64,000 nt of DNA, taken from positions 32,001-96,000 of the forward strand of contig CAWGSK010000011.1 of NCBI GenBank assembly GCA_963825055.1. The letters run 5' to 3'. A model generated the notes under the pieces. It worked only from the letters and a program-made list of their open reading frames with translations. It was not told where the DNA came from and did no database searches. The translations under genes and the position numbers were made by a program. The stretch comes from an uncultured Gemmatimonadales bacterium (lineage in GTDB: Bacteria > Gemmatimonadota > Gemmatimonadetes > Gemmatimonadales > GWC2-71-9). Positions 1 to 9,925 of this stretch are shown here, piece after piece. Position 1 is the first letter of the stretch, and every line of letters begins with the position of its first letter.

Positions 1-489
1 GAGAGTGCGCCCGGCCGTGGCACCACGTTCTCGCTCCTCTTCCCGCGCCACGCCGCCGAGGGGGAGCACGTCGCGCCCGCGGACGGGGAGTTCACGGTGC
101 CGCACGGGCGCGAAACGGTCCTGGTCGTCGAGGACGAGCCGGCCATCCTGCGGCTGACCGCACGCACGCTCCGCGCGAGCGGCTACCAGGTCCTTCCGGC
201 CGGCACGCCTGACGCCGCGTTGCGGATCGCCACGGTGCATCCCGGGCAGATCGACCTCCTCCTCACCGACGTGATGATGCCGATGATGACAGGCCCCGAC
301 CTCGCGCGCTCGGTCATCGCCATCCGGCCCGACATCCGGGTCATCTTCATGTCAGGCTACAGCGCCGACCACATCGCGCCCGGAGGCAGGCTCGATCCGG
401 AGACGACCTTCATCGGCAAGCCCTTCACCCGCGAGGAGATCGCCGCTCGCGTGCGGGGGGTGCTGGACGCTCCCCGCCGCGGGAGCTAG
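1..489 (+). CDS. Hybrid sensor histidine kinase/response regulator, C-terminal part (5' truncated by window edge)
   Basis: Frame 1 from base 1 reads ESAPGRGTTFSLLFP (end of HATPase_c), then a receiver domain: VLVVEDE, LLLTDVMMP, FMSGY, KPF. Confidence 0.9.
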   Translation, partial: ESAPGRGTTFSLLFPRHAAEGEHVAPADGEFTVPHGRETVLVVEDEPAILRLTARTLRASGYQVLPAGTPDAALRIATVHPGQIDLLLTDVMMPMMTGPDLARSVIAIRPDIRVIFMSGYSADHIAPGGRLDPETTFIGKPFTREEIAARVRGVLDAPRRGS

Positions 490-642
490 GGGCTGTCAGG
501 AGACGAGCGACAGCCTCGCGTTCGACTGCGCGAGGGGCTTTTCCGGTCGAGCATGCGTCCGCGGAGCCTTCGCATTGACTAGATTGCAGAACCAGCCACT
601 TGCCCTGAGCGGCCTGGTCCGACCTTCATTGATGAGGGGCGC

Positions 643-960
643 ATGCTCATTCAGCTCAATACGGACGCCAATATCGAGGGCACCGAGGCGCTGGCCCAGC
701 AGGTAGAGGCCGCCATCCAGGGAGCCTTGCAGCACCTCAGCCAGCACATCACACGGGTCGAAGTGCATCTCTCCGACGCGAACAGTGACGCGAAGCGCGG
801 CCCTGCGGATATCCGCTGCCTGCTGGAAGCCCGCCCGACCGGCCACCACCCGGTCGCGGTAAGCCATCAAGCCGCGACACTCAGTGAGGCCGTGGACGGC
901 GCCGCGGGCAAATTGAAGCGTGCCCTGGAGAGTCTCCTCGGCCGGCTGGCTGGCCGCTAG
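643..960 (+). CDS. HPF/RaiA (S30EA-like) family ribosome-associated protein
   Basis: MLIQLNTD..I, ITRVEVHLSD, DIRCLLEARP, AVDGAAGKLKRAL pattern typical of the family; GAGGGG RBS upstream. Confidence 0.8.
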   Translation: MLIQLNTDANIEGTEALAQQVEAAIQGALQHLSQHITRVEVHLSDANSDAKRGPADIRCLLEARPTGHHPVAVSHQAATLSEAVDGAAGKLKRALESLLGRLAGR

Positions 961-1115
961 TTGCCCCCTCGGCGCAATCACCCCGTGGTCGTGCCGTACC
1001 CATCACAGCCCCCCCGGATCGTGAGCGTCGTGGAAGCCCCGGCGGGGTGTGCCGGGCAGGAATAAGCGTCTTCCCTCGAGCCGTTAGCCAACAGCCCTCC
1101 GTCATGTGGGTGAAC

Positions 1116-1640
1116 ATGCCGGTACCGGACATTGTCGTGGTGACGGGAGCTTCGGGAGCCGGAAAGACCACTCTGGTTCAGGAACTCGATCGGCGTGCCC
1201 TGGCTGGGGTGCGGTGTTACTACTTTGACTCCATTGGTGTGCCCTCCCCCGAGACCATGGTAGCTCAGTTCGGCTCGCCAAGCGCCTGGCAGGAGGCGAT
1301 GACGCGCCAGTGGATCTCGCGATTGCTGGCGAACACCGATCACGCACGGATTGCGGTTCTCGACGGCCAGGTGCGCCCATCGGTGGTCCGATCGACATTT
1401 GAGGAGGCCGGGGTAGTCCGGGGGCGGATTGTCCTGGTCGATTGTGGCCATGACGTCCGCGAGGCACGTTTGAATGGCGCCAGGAATCAACCTGCACTCG
1501 CCTCACGGGACATGGCGGCCTGGGCCGCGTATCTGCGGGGGCAGGCGGATGCCCTGGCGTTACCGATCGTGGACACGACCACCGCGAGCATCGCCGGGGC
1601 CACAGACGCCCTCAGTCACTGGGTCATGGCTGCGGACTGA
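1116..1640 (+). CDS. P-loop NTPase / nucleotide kinase-like (AAA family) protein
   Basis: Walker A GASGAGKT, Walker B-like AVLDG, lid-like REARL; start uncertain. Confidence 0.7.
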   Translation: MPVPDIVVVTGASGAGKTTLVQELDRRALAGVRCYYFDSIGVPSPETMVAQFGSPSAWQEAMTRQWISRLLANTDHARIAVLDGQVRPSVVRSTFEEAGVVRGRIVLVDCGHDVREARLNGARNQPALASRDMAAWAAYLRGQADALALPIVDTTTASIAGATDALSHWVMAAD

Positions 1641-1792
1641 CACGCGCCAGGAGCTGCATTCGGCTGGGCGTACCAGGCTATCCGGGCACAGCCCGAAGCG
1701 GATTGCAGCTCAAGCGCAAACCGCTGGCCAGCCGCGAACAGCGTCCGCCCGGCAACCACCCTTGAGTCGCCAACCACAACAGGAGCGCCCGG

Positions 1793-2419
1793 ATGGAGTT
1801 CAGGAATGTCATCCGCACCGAGGAAGAGCTGCGCACCCTGATGGGCGGGCCGGTCGCTCCGCCGGTCGTCGACAAGACCCTGGCCGCGCTCGACCGGCAT
1901 TGCATGACGTTCATCGCCCGTTCGCCGTTCGTGCTCCTGGCAACGAGCGACCGGGAGGGCCGGATGGACATCTCCCCCAAGGGGGATGCGCCCGGTTTCG
2001 TACGGGTGCTGGACGAGAGAACGCTGGTGATTCCGGACCGGCCGGGCAACCAGCGGTTCGACACATTCCGGAACCTGTTCCAGTCACCCCGGATCGGCCT
2101 CATCTTCCTGATCCCCGGCAAGCGGGAGACCCTGCGCATCGGCGGGAGGGCCGAGATCGTGCGGGACGCGGACCTGCTCGACACCTTGAGCGCGCGGGGC
2201 AAGGTGCCCGCGCTGGCGATCGCGGTGCAGGTTGACGAGGCCTTCTTCCACTGCTCCAAATGCATGATCCGCTCGAATCTCTGGGAGAGCGGCAAGTGGC
2301 CGTCCCTTGACGGCCTGCCGACTCTGGCGCAGACCATGAAGGACGCGGCCGCCATCCCGGCCCCCGTCGAGGATGTCGAAGGGTTGATCAGGGACGACGA
2401 GCTGCACCGCCTGTATTGA
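1793..2419 (+). CDS. Pyridoxamine 5'-phosphate oxidase-like FMN-binding protein (MSMEG_1061 type)
   Basis: DISPKGDAPGFV, IPDRPGNQR, ETLRIGG, FFHCSKCMIRS motifs; AGGAG RBS. Confidence 0.85.
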   Translation: MEFRNVIRTEEELRTLMGGPVAPPVVDKTLAALDRHCMTFIARSPFVLLATSDREGRMDISPKGDAPGFVRVLDERTLVIPDRPGNQRFDTFRNLFQSPRIGLIFLIPGKRETLRIGGRAEIVRDADLLDTLSARGKVPALAIAVQVDEAFFHCSKCMIRSNLWESGKWPSLDGLPTLAQTMKDAAAIPAPVEDVEGLIRDDELHRLY

Positions 2420-2507
2420 CCCCGGCCGGCCTGTCTCGCCCCATGGACATACTGCAGTGTGCAAGCCCTCCCGCTCCACGGCCATTCCCATTCAAGGCTG
2501 GTCATCG

Positions 2508-3731
2508 ATGAGGACCCCCCTTTCACTCGCCGCACTCCTCTGTCTCGCGTCGACCGCGTTCGCGCAGCGCCCGACCTCCGTCGATCTTGGTCTCCCGGCC
2601 ACATGGACCCGCGGCACGTCCAACGCCATCACCGATGTGGCCGGGGTCGAGGTCGGATATACGACGCTCATTTCGGGCTCCGGGCCGCTTCGGGTGGGCG
2701 AAGGCCCCGTCCGTACGGGCGTCACCGTGCTGTTTCCCCGGGGCCGGGAGGCGGGCGATACCGTCTTCGCGGGCTGGTTCTCGCTGAACGGCAACGGCGA
2801 GATGACCGGGACGACCTGGATCGAGCAGTCGGGGCGCATGGAGAGCCCGCTCGCCATCACCAACACGCACAGCGTGGGCGTCGTGCGGGATGCCATCATC
2901 CAGTGGATGGCAGGACATCGCCCGCACTTTCTCTGGGCCCTGCCCGTCGTCGCCGAGACGTTTGACGGCACGCTCAATGACATCAACGGCATGCATGTGA
3001 CGCCCGGGGACGTGCTCGCCGCGCTCGACAGCGCCCACGGCGGCCGGATCGCCCAGGGAAATGTGGGGGGCGGCACCGGCATGATTTGCTTTGGTCTCAA
3101 GGGTGGGACGGGCACGGCATCCCGCGTCCTGCCCGCGGCGGTTGGCGGATACACGGTGGGTGTGCTGGTGCAGTGCAACTTCGGGAACCGGCCCCGCTTC
3201 TCGCCCCTGGGCGTGCCGGTGGGGCGCGAGCTGCCCGACGCGCTCCGCCCCTGCCGTGCCCCGGAGGTCCAGCCCGCGCGCGAGGAGTTCCGCAACGTGC
3301 CCACCTGCGGTTCGACGCAGGGAGAGGCCGACGCCCCCGGGCAGCCGGAAGGCGCCGGGTCCATCATTATCGTCATCGCGACCGATACCCCCCTGCTGCC
3401 CCATCAGCTGAAGCGCCTGGCGACCCGGGCCTCCCTGGCGGTGGGCCGGATGGGTGGCCTGGGCGAAACGTCCTCCGGTGACATCTTCCTCGCGTTCTCC
3501 ACGGCGAACCGGGCCGCTCTGGCAAGTAACGAGAACGCGGTGAGCTACGAAGCCATCTCGGACGAGATCCTGAATCCGCTCTACTCGGCCACAGTGGAAG
3601 CGACCGAAGAGGCGATCCTGAACGCAATGCTCGCCGCGGAAACGATGACCGGCGCCGACGGGTTCCGGGTGTACGCCCTGCCGGCGGACTTCCTGCTCGC
3701 GGCACTACGCAAGTACGGTCGCATGCCATAG
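2508..3731 (+). CDS. dmpA: P1/S58 family peptidase (DmpA-like aminopeptidase) with signal peptide
   Basis: NAITDVAGVEVG, NGNGEMTG, ITNTHSVG, GNVGGGTGM, G-SIIIVIATD autocleavage site, SSGDIF. Confidence 0.88.
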   Translation: MRTPLSLAALLCLASTAFAQRPTSVDLGLPATWTRGTSNAITDVAGVEVGYTTLISGSGPLRVGEGPVRTGVTVLFPRGREAGDTVFAGWFSLNGNGEMTGTTWIEQSGRMESPLAITNTHSVGVVRDAIIQWMAGHRPHFLWALPVVAETFDGTLNDINGMHVTPGDVLAALDSAHGGRIAQGNVGGGTGMICFGLKGGTGTASRVLPAAVGGYTVGVLVQCNFGNRPRFSPLGVPVGRELPDALRPCRAPEVQPAREEFRNVPTCGSTQGEADAPGQPEGAGSIIIVIATDTPLLPHQLKRLATRASLAVGRMGGLGETSSGDIFLAFSTANRAALASNENAVSYEAISDEILNPLYSATVEATEEAILNAMLAAETMTGADGFRVYALPADFLLAALRKYGRMP

Positions 3732-3871
3732 CCCGGTCCCGGCCCGGTTGCTCCCGGCCCCCAACGACCGGAAAGACGTGCATTGGCACCGCATACGGCC
3801 CGACCGGTCGTCAGGCAGTCACTCTCAGCGGGGGTGCGTCAAGAGCTGATTCAGCGGTCAGCGGTGCAACG

Positions 3872-3909
3872 TGGTATATTGGATTGTGTCCATAGTTCTC
3901 TACTATGGA
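3872..3909 (+). promoter_or_regulatory. Putative extended -10 (TGgTATATT) followed by a perfect 8-bp inverted repeat TCCATAGT-N5-ACTATGGA, upstream of kaiC
   Basis: AT-rich island in the 3732-4098 intergenic region; palindrome at 3889-3909. Confidence 0.45.
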
Positions 3910-4098
3910 TGGCGGGTCATCTTCCCCCGGATGGGCCGCAATCTCCGGTGGCATGCGCCGATCCGGATGTTTAGTGCCCCGGCGCCCATGTCCCGGGGGA
4001 CCGGACCAAATGTCGGATTTTCACCCGTCGGATTCCCACCGCAACGTCCGTGGCGCCACCACGTCCTGCTGTGAGCTGGGCTCAGCCGGTTCCGGACC

Positions 4099-5589
4099 AT
4101 GAGCCCGTCCCTGGCGATCCCCGGCCCCTTGATCGAGTCGCCCTCCAGCCCCAATCGTGGCCTGCGCAAGGCCCCCACAGGAATCTCGGGGCTCGATCAG
4201 GTCACGAGAGGGGGGCTCCCTCAAGGTCGCCCCACGCTGGTCTGCGGCGGCCCCGGCTGCGGCAAGACGGCGCTGGCCATGGAATTCGTCTGTCGCGGCG
4301 CCGTCGAGTTCGGGGAGCCCGGTACGTTCGTGTCGTTCGAGGAGAGCTGCACGGACATCGAAAAGAACTTCGCGTCCACCTCGTTCGGGATGAGCGAAGC
4401 GCTTGCCCGGGGTACGCTCCATCTCGAATCCGTGCTGATCTCCCGCGAACAGAGCATCGAGACCGGGGACTTCACACTGGACGGCCTCCTGGCCCGGCTG
4501 GAGTGGTGGGTCGCGAGGAATGACACGCGTCGGCTCGTGCTGGACAGCATCGACGCCCTCTTCGCCCGTTTCTCGGACAGCGCGAGCCTCCGCTTCGAAA
4601 TTTCCCGCCTCTTCTCCTGGATCAGGGAGCGGGGGATCACCGCGATCATCACGGCCGAGCGCGGCCAGGGGGAGCTCACCCGTCGCGGGCTGGAAGAGTA
4701 CGCGTCCGACTGCGTGATCCTCCTGGACCATCGTATCAGCGAGCAGATCTCGAAGCGTCGCATCCGCATCGTCAAGTATCGCGGCACCGGACACGGTGCC
4801 GACGAGTATCCGTTCCTCATCAGCGCCACGGGCATTTCCGTACTCCCCGTCACGGCCCTGGGCCTGGAGAGCGTCGCTCCCACCAGCTTCATGCCGACTG
4901 GTATCCAGGGGCTGGACGACATGCTCGCCGGGTGCGGGCTCTACCGGGGCAGCACCGTGCTGATCTCGGGTTCCGCCGGCACCGGCAAAAGCACCCTGGG
5001 CGCCCGGTTCGCGGAGCACGTCAGTGAGAGCGGTGGACGCGCCCTGATCATCGCCTTCGAAGAGTCGGCCAGCCAGGTCGTACGCAACATGCGCTCCGTC
5101 GGAATCGACCTCGAGAAGCACGTGCAGAGTGGGGCCCTGGCCATCGAGGCGATGCGGCCCAGCGCCTTCGGCCTCGAAGAGCACTTGATCCGGGTCCACA
5201 TGCTGGTGGATGCTTTCCGCCCGGACGCGGTGATCCTGGATCCCATCACCAGCTTCACGTCCATCGGGGGCCGGACGGAGGTCAAGGCCATGATCATCCG
5301 GCTCCTGGATCACCTGAAGGGGCTGGGGATCACCATCGTCATGCCCAGCCTGACTTCGGGCGGCAATTCGGACGAAGAGACGGACACCGAAGTGTCCTCG
5401 ATCGTGGATGCGTGGATCATTGTCCAGTACGTCCGTGAGCGGGGGACACGCCGGCGCCAGATCTATGTGCACAAGGCCAGGGGCATCGGTCACTCGCAGG
5501 CTGTTGGTGAGTTGCGGTTCTCCCCGTCGGGCATCTCGGTCACGCCGCTCGCCCCGGGCCATGACACGGTGGGAGGCGATCATGCGTGA
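4099..5589 (+). CDS. kaiC: Circadian clock-type KaiC ATPase/kinase (double RecA-like domain)
   Basis: PTGISGLD, GGPGCGKT, SFEES, EEYASDCVI, VKYRG in CI; GSAGTGKS, AFEES, DPITS, EVSSIVDAWI (SS at the phosphosite pair), HKARG in CII. Confidence 0.93.
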   Translation: MSPSLAIPGPLIESPSSPNRGLRKAPTGISGLDQVTRGGLPQGRPTLVCGGPGCGKTALAMEFVCRGAVEFGEPGTFVSFEESCTDIEKNFASTSFGMSEALARGTLHLESVLISREQSIETGDFTLDGLLARLEWWVARNDTRRLVLDSIDALFARFSDSASLRFEISRLFSWIRERGITAIITAERGQGELTRRGLEEYASDCVILLDHRISEQISKRRIRIVKYRGTGHGADEYPFLISATGISVLPVTALGLESVAPTSFMPTGIQGLDDMLAGCGLYRGSTVLISGSAGTGKSTLGARFAEHVSESGGRALIIAFEESASQVVRNMRSVGIDLEKHVQSGALAIEAMRPSAFGLEEHLIRVHMLVDAFRPDAVILDPITSFTSIGGRTEVKAMIIRLLDHLKGLGITIVMPSLTSGGNSDEETDTEVSSIVDAWIIVQYVRERGTRRRQIYVHKARGIGHSQAVGELRFSPSGISVTPLAPGHDTVGGDHA

Positions 5590-5944
5590 CGGGATCCCGC
5601 ATGAGGCAATCGCGTCCGGGACGCGGCAGCGCCCTCAACGGGGTCCGGTCGGCGACGTGGCGGCGATGTGGGAGTTGCGTCTTTTCGTGGCGGGCAGCGG
5701 CGCGGAAGTGCGACGGGTCCATGAGGCCCTGGGAAGCATATGCCGGGAGCACCTCCCGGGCCGGCACCGCATCGCGCTGGTCGATATCCTTCAGGAGCCT
5801 GAACAGGCCGATGCCTTCGACATCGTCGCGGTCCCGACGCTCATTCGGCAGTCGCCGCTCCCGGTGCGCCGGGTCATCGGCGACCTCTCGCTGATCCGGA
5901 AGGTCGTGCTCGGGCTCGGCATTCCTGTTCGGCAGGAGCCGTGA
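5582..5944 (+). CDS. kaiB: KaiB family protein
   Basis: LRLFVAG, ICREHLPG, DI.AVPTLIR..PLPVRRVIGDLS; ATG overlaps kaiC stop; GGGAGG RBS. Confidence 0.92.
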   Translation: MRDGIPHEAIASGTRQRPQRGPVGDVAAMWELRLFVAGSGAEVRRVHEALGSICREHLPGRHRIALVDILQEPEQADAFDIVAVPTLIRQSPLPVRRVIGDLSLIRKVVLGLGIPVRQEP

Positions 5945-5945
5945 T

Positions 5946-8900
5946 ATGGCCCCAGACACGCCAGGCGGATCCCACCTGAAAGCGCGGGTGGGGGGCGGCA
6001 CCCCTCCCCAGATGGCCAACCTGGTCCGCAATGTGTCCGAGGGGATCGTGGTCGTGGACAGCGATGGCGTGGTGCTGTTTGCCAATCCCGCCGCCGAGAC
6101 TTTGCTGCGCAGGGCACCCGGCGATGCGTTCGGGTTCAACCTGGGCTACCCCCTGGCAGGTGATGAGCCCACCATCATCACCCTGCGCCCACCGGGGACA
6201 GACGCCGCCATCATAGAGATGCGCGCGGCCGAGACGCCATGGGATGACGGAACGGCCTTCGTGGTCAACCTCCACGACATCACGGAACGGACGCGCGGCG
6301 ATGCGGAGCAGCGACAGCTCCAGAAGCGGACCGATCGCCTGAACCAGGTGCTGCGGGCCATCGCCAGCGTCGCCCAGGTCATCATCCGGGAATCGGACCC
6401 GGGCCGGCTCATCCGCGCGACCTGCGAACGGCTGGTGGAGGATGGCGGTTTCCGTGCGGCCTGGCTCGTCCTCACGAACGAGGACGGGAGCCTGGTCGAC
6501 ACGGCCCAATCGCCGCTGGCGGATGGCCCCTTCCCCACAGTGACCGACGCGTTCGCCCGGGGCGTCGTGCCCGAATGTTGCCGGCGTGCCAAACGGGAGG
6601 GTCGCGTCGTCCGTTTCGAACCCGCCCGAGACTGCGAAGCCACGCTCTGTGCGGGCCTGGCCCCGACGGAACACGCCCTCGTGGCCTGCCTGACTCACGG
6701 CACTCGCACGTTCGGTTACATCACCGTCGTGTTCGATTCGCCCGAGCATGAAGACGGGGAAGCGGAGCGTCTTCTGCACACGGTCGCGATCGACCTCGGC
6801 TTCGCTCTCCACAGCGACGAGCAAGCCCTGGCCCGGGAAAAGACACAGCGGCTGCTGGAGGAGACCGAGCGCGTCGCCGACGTGGGTGGGTGGGAATGGG
6901 ACCTCACCACCGACCGGTTCACCGTCAGCCCCGAGTGGCGTCGCATTCACGGCTGGGGCGAGGGGGCGATCGAGTTCTCCGACGTGCTCTCCCTCTGTCT
7001 TCCAGCGGACCAGGAGCGGTGGGCCGCGGGCCTGGAGTCACTCCGCCGTGGCCACGCGACCCTCGAGCTCGAACATCGCATCATCAAGCGGGACAACGGG
7101 GAGACCAGGGTCCTGTGCTCGAGAAGCGGTTCGGTCGAGGAAAGGGCCAACGGGCAACGGGTGGTACGGGGGATCGCCCAGGATATCACGGCCGCGCATC
7201 AGGCGACGGAGCGGATCCGCTTCCAGGCCCGCCTGCTGGCATCCGTCGGTGAGGCCATTATCGTGAACGACCCCAAGGGGAGAATCCTCTACTGGAATCA
7301 GGCGGCGCAGAGGCTGTATGGCTGGCCTGCCGAGGCCGTCCTGGGCCGCAACGTTGTCGACGTGATACGGGAACCTGGCGCTGAGGTCCCGGAGCGACTC
7401 GCCGCGGGGGAGAACTGGTCCGGAGAGCTCATGATGCGGGCCAGGGACGGGCGCCGCTTTCCTGCGCTCGTCACGACCGCCCCGGTCATCGGGGAAGATG
7501 GCAAACTCGATGCGGTCATCGGGGTAGTATCCGACCTCTCCGAGCGAACACGTGCGGCGAATGAGCTGCTCGAGACATCCAGGAAACTGGCCGCAGCCGT
7601 TGTCGCCGGGCACGTTGGACTGTGGCAGTGGAACCTCGAGACCGAGGAGGTCACCTTTTCAGCGGAGTGGAAGCGACAGATCGGGTATGCAGAAGACGAG
7701 ATCAAGGATGATTTCGAGGAGTGGCGGAGTCGGGTGCATCCGGAGGACCTGGACCAGGCGCTCGAGCGCATCAGAATATTCATCGCGGGCGGGCAGGAAG
7801 AACTTCGATTGGAGTTTCGGTTCCGGCACAAGAACGGCTCGTATCGGTCGATCCTGGCCCAGGCGGACGTCATCGAGGGGGAGGAAGGCCGCCCGGTCCG
7901 TCTGATGGTCGGCGCCCACGTGGACATTACCGACCTCCGTGAGGCCGAAGCGCATCAGCAGAACATTGAAGCCCAGCTCCAACAGGCCCAGAAGATGGAA
8001 TCCGTCGGTCGTCTGGCCGGAGGCGTGGCGCATGACTTCAATAACGTCCTGGCGGTGATTCTGGGCATCTCGGAGATCTCGCTGGGGAACATCGAACCGT
8101 CGGATCCGCTGCGCGCCGATTTCCAGGAGATCCATCAAGCCGCCACCCGAGCCGCGGCCCTGACTCGTCAGTTGCTCGCGTTTGCCCGCAAGCAGACCAT
8201 CGATCCCCGGGTGATCGATCTCAACGAGACGGTGGGGGGCATGGTCAAGATGCTGAGCCGTCTCGTTGGCGAGGATGTGGAACTGGTCTGGAAGCCCGCC
8301 TATCAGCTCTGGCCAGTGAAGGTGGACCCCGCTCAGGTGGACCAGATTCTCGCCAATCTGACGGTGAACGCGCGTGACGCCATCCAGGAGGGGGATGAGG
8401 GTAACGGCAGGATCAGCCTCCAGACGGCAAACATCGAGGTCGATCAGGCGTTCTGTGACCACAACGCCGGCCTCCGGCCCGGGCAGTACGTCGTGTTGTC
8501 GGTGAGCGACAACGGCGTGGGCATGGCCAATGCGACCGTCGCCAGGGCTTTCGAACCCTTCTTCACGACCAAAGCCACCGGGACGGGGACCGGCCTCGGG
8601 CTGGCCACGGTATACGGCATCGTGAAACAGAACGCAGGCTCCGTGTACATTTACAGCGTGGTCGGCGAAGGAACGACGATCCGGATCTACCTGCCGCGCC
8701 TGGTGGGCGCGGAGGCGGAGGGCGGGACTCTGGGCGAAGCCCTGGAGCTGGTCCAGGGAACCGAGACCCTGCTGGTCGTCGAGGACGACGCTCCCGTGCG
8801 ACGGGTGATGTCGCGAATCCTGGAGCGGCTGGGGTACACCCTGTTGCTGGCGGAAACGGGGGAGGAGGCATTGGACCTCTTCCGGGAGCGTGGAGAGACC

Positions 8901-9173
8901 ATCGATCTGCTGATGACGGATGTCGTGATGCCCGGCATGAACGGTCGCGATCTGGTGGAGGCGGTTCGCGCCCTGCGCCCGGGGGTGCAATGCCTCTTTA
9001 TCTCGGGCTACACCCACGACGTCATCTCCAACCGGGGCGTGCTGGGAGCCGGGGTACACTTCCTCGAAAAACCCTTCACCACGGAAGGCCTGGCCAGCAC
9101 GGTACGACGGGTGCTGGATGAGCGAGGGGCTGGGCAGGTCCAGCGGCGTCCACCCGGAAGGGGGCAGGAATAG
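5946..9173 (+). CDS. PAS/GAF/PAS hybrid sensor histidine kinase with C-terminal receiver
   Basis: Several PAS repeats, a GAF-like segment, H-box AGGVAHDFNN, N-box NARDA, PFFTTK, GTGLGL, receiver TDVVMP; starts 1 nt after kaiB stop. Confidence 0.93.
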   Translation: MAPDTPGGSHLKARVGGGTPPQMANLVRNVSEGIVVVDSDGVVLFANPAAETLLRRAPGDAFGFNLGYPLAGDEPTIITLRPPGTDAAIIEMRAAETPWDDGTAFVVNLHDITERTRGDAEQRQLQKRTDRLNQVLRAIASVAQVIIRESDPGRLIRATCERLVEDGGFRAAWLVLTNEDGSLVDTAQSPLADGPFPTVTDAFARGVVPECCRRAKREGRVVRFEPARDCEATLCAGLAPTEHALVACLTHGTRTFGYITVVFDSPEHEDGEAERLLHTVAIDLGFALHSDEQALAREKTQRLLEETERVADVGGWEWDLTTDRFTVSPEWRRIHGWGEGAIEFSDVLSLCLPADQERWAAGLESLRRGHATLELEHRIIKRDNGETRVLCSRSGSVEERANGQRVVRGIAQDITAAHQATERIRFQARLLASVGEAIIVNDPKGRILYWNQAAQRLYGWPAEAVLGRNVVDVIREPGAEVPERLAAGENWSGELMMRARDGRRFPALVTTAPVIGEDGKLDAVIGVVSDLSERTRAANELLETSRKLAAAVVAGHVGLWQWNLETEEVTFSAEWKRQIGYAEDEIKDDFEEWRSRVHPEDLDQALERIRIFIAGGQEELRLEFRFRHKNGSYRSILAQADVIEGEEGRPVRLMVGAHVDITDLREAEAHQQNIEAQLQQAQKMESVGRLAGGVAHDFNNVLAVILGISEISLGNIEPSDPLRADFQEIHQAATRAAALTRQLLAFARKQTIDPRVIDLNETVGGMVKMLSRLVGEDVELVWKPAYQLWPVKVDPAQVDQILANLTVNARDAIQEGDEGNGRISLQTANIEVDQAFCDHNAGLRPGQYVVLSVSDNGVGMANATVARAFEPFFTTKATGTGTGLGLATVYGIVKQNAGSVYIYSVVGEGTTIRIYLPRLVGAEAEGGTLGEALELVQGTETLLVVEDDAPVRRVMSRILERLGYTLLLAETGEEALDLFRERGETIDLLMTDVVMPGMNGRDLVEAVRALRPGVQCLFISGYTHDVISNRGVLGAGVHFLEKPFTTEGLASTVRRVLDERGAGQVQRRPPGRGQE

Positions 9174-9220
9174 GCGGCAGGCACCGGCCCGTCCGATTGG
9201 TCCCAGGATATTTGCCCGGG

Positions 9221-9440
9221 ATGGAGTCCCTGCTTTCCGCCTCCAGACCGCGATCGCTGACCGCTACGGCATCGAGCGCGAACTCGCGCGACAGATCGCC
9301 TCTGCGCTGGACAATGCCCACTACCCGCCGTGATCCACCCGGACATCAAGTTCGAGAACATCCTGCTCCATGAGGGCGACGCGTTCCTGACCGGCTTCGG
9401 CATCGTACTGGCGGTCCAGGAGGCCGGCGGCGCCCCCACG
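9221..9440 (+). pseudogene. Decayed Ser/Thr protein kinase remnant
   Basis: RLQTAIADRYGIEREL joined directly to ARQIASALDNAH, then in another frame VIHPDIKFENILLHEGDAFLTGFGIVLAVQEAGG; resembles the kinase at 49456 with an internal deletion and dead HRD/DFG motifs. Confidence 0.8.
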
Positions 9441-9478
9441 GACGATCTAACGTTCCCCGAATGTGCAAGGAGTCGCGA

Positions 9479-9925
9479 GTGAAGCCCTCAATTCCCTCGG
9501 CGAAGGCCTATGCCAGCGAGCCGGTCCGTTACCCGCCGCTCGTAGTAGTGGATATCGTGGATGAGGCAGCTGCAACCACCGATCACTACCGGAACCAGGT
9601 CCTCAGCCAGGTGAATACGAGCTGCCTGCGCCTGGGAGTGCTGGCCGGAGACTATCCCTGGCACCAGCATCCCGGCTCCGATGAGCTTTTTCTCGTGGTG
9701 GAGGGCCGGCTGGAGATTTCGCTGGCCGACGGTCGGACCCTGAGCCTCGGTCCATGGCAGAGTGTCGTGGTGCCGGCGGGAATGGTCCATCGCACTCGAG
9801 GTGTCGGACGCACCGTCAACCTGTGCTTCGAAGCCGCGGCCGCCGAGACGGTCTTCATTGACCATCCACCCCCGGCCGCGCCAGCCGACGGGCCCGGCGC
9901 CGGGCCACCAGGCAGCGCTTCCTGA
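9479..9925 (+). CDS. Cupin domain protein
   Basis: WHQHPGSDELFLVVEG and VPAGMVHRT cupin motifs; AAGGAG RBS before GTG. Confidence 0.85.
   Translation: MKPSIPSAKAYASEPVRYPPLVVVDIVDEAAATTDHYRNQVLSQVNTSCLRLGVLAGDYPWHQHPGSDELFLVVEGRLEISLADGRTLSLGPWQSVVVPAGMVHRTRGVGRTVNLCFEAAAAETVFIDHPPPAAPADGPGAGPPGSAS

Noticed and set aside
3871..4074. 67-aa ORF with a hydrophobic start upstream of kaiC
   Set aside because: The hydrophobic codons coincide with the AT-rich promoter/palindrome; no RBS
4021..5583. Long antisense ORFs (e.g. 4021-5583, 7659-9059, 11140-12900, 13425-15164, 15161-16870, 48832-50481, 51999-54128, 57060-58385)
   Set aside because: Shadow ORFs opposite well-supported genes, expected in high-GC DNA; no recognisable motifs
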